35,740 nt of DNA, from contig JBBMKC010200607.1 in the NCBI GenBank assembly GCA_037834085.1, positions 1 through 35,740 of the forward strand, written 5' to 3'. A model generated the notes under the pieces. The model made no database searches. It had not been told where the DNA came from and was given only the letters and a program-made list of their open reading frames with translations. Made by a program: the position numbers and the translations under genes. Source of the DNA: Bipalium vagum (lineage: Eukaryota). This document shows, piece by piece, positions 35,673-35,740 of the stretch (its first letter is position 1; each line of letters begins with the position of its first letter).

Positions 35673-35740
<68 letters not shown>
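35673..35740. repeat. (TAA)n microsatellite running off the window end
   Basis: At least 22 perfect units. Confidence 0.97.

Noticed and set aside
35673-35740. Terminal repeat as a telomere
   Set aside because: The same (TAA)n occurs internally at least four times and has no G-rich strand, so it is an ordinary microsatellite.
1-35740. CRISPR arrays, tRNA, rRNA, hammerhead ribozymes, prokaryotic operons
   Set aside because: No regularly spaced repeats, cloverleafs or rRNA blocks were seen. The CTGANGA hits I examined lack stem II and GAAA. The genes are intron-containing eukaryotic genes.

Overview
AT-rich eukaryotic genomic DNA, most likely from a fast-evolving animal; the taxon cannot be assigned from this window. 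The left ~12.5 kb carries two convergent, intact housekeeping genes that I spliced by hand. ORC3 (+, 3393-6467) has 14 exons and about 639 aa; RRP12 (-, 12527-8089) has 6 exons and about 1396 aa. Of their 18 introns, 15 are 43-65 nt, with very degenerate donors (GTTTTT, GTTGGG, GTCATT, GTTAAG) and two AAG acceptors. Most other recognisable sequence, including the right-hand ~23 kb, is dead transposon: about nine mariner remnants, Tc1-like fragments, a near-full-length DD37D/maT element with clear TIRs and TA duplications, a Merlin (ISXO2-like) transposase pseudogene, and weaker Ty3/Gypsy and RTE-LINE relics. There are also (TAA)n microsatellites and a 177-N gap. No intact transposase, rRNA, tRNA or CRISPR array was found. 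I cannot support a confidently novel system. The best leads are splicing that appears defined by intron length, possible recursive AG|GT sites, a speculative + strand micro-exon gene starting near 15561, a long hairpin at ~16015-16101 and a box C/D snoRNA-like element at 28261-28318. All family assignments rest on recalled motifs, not database searches.
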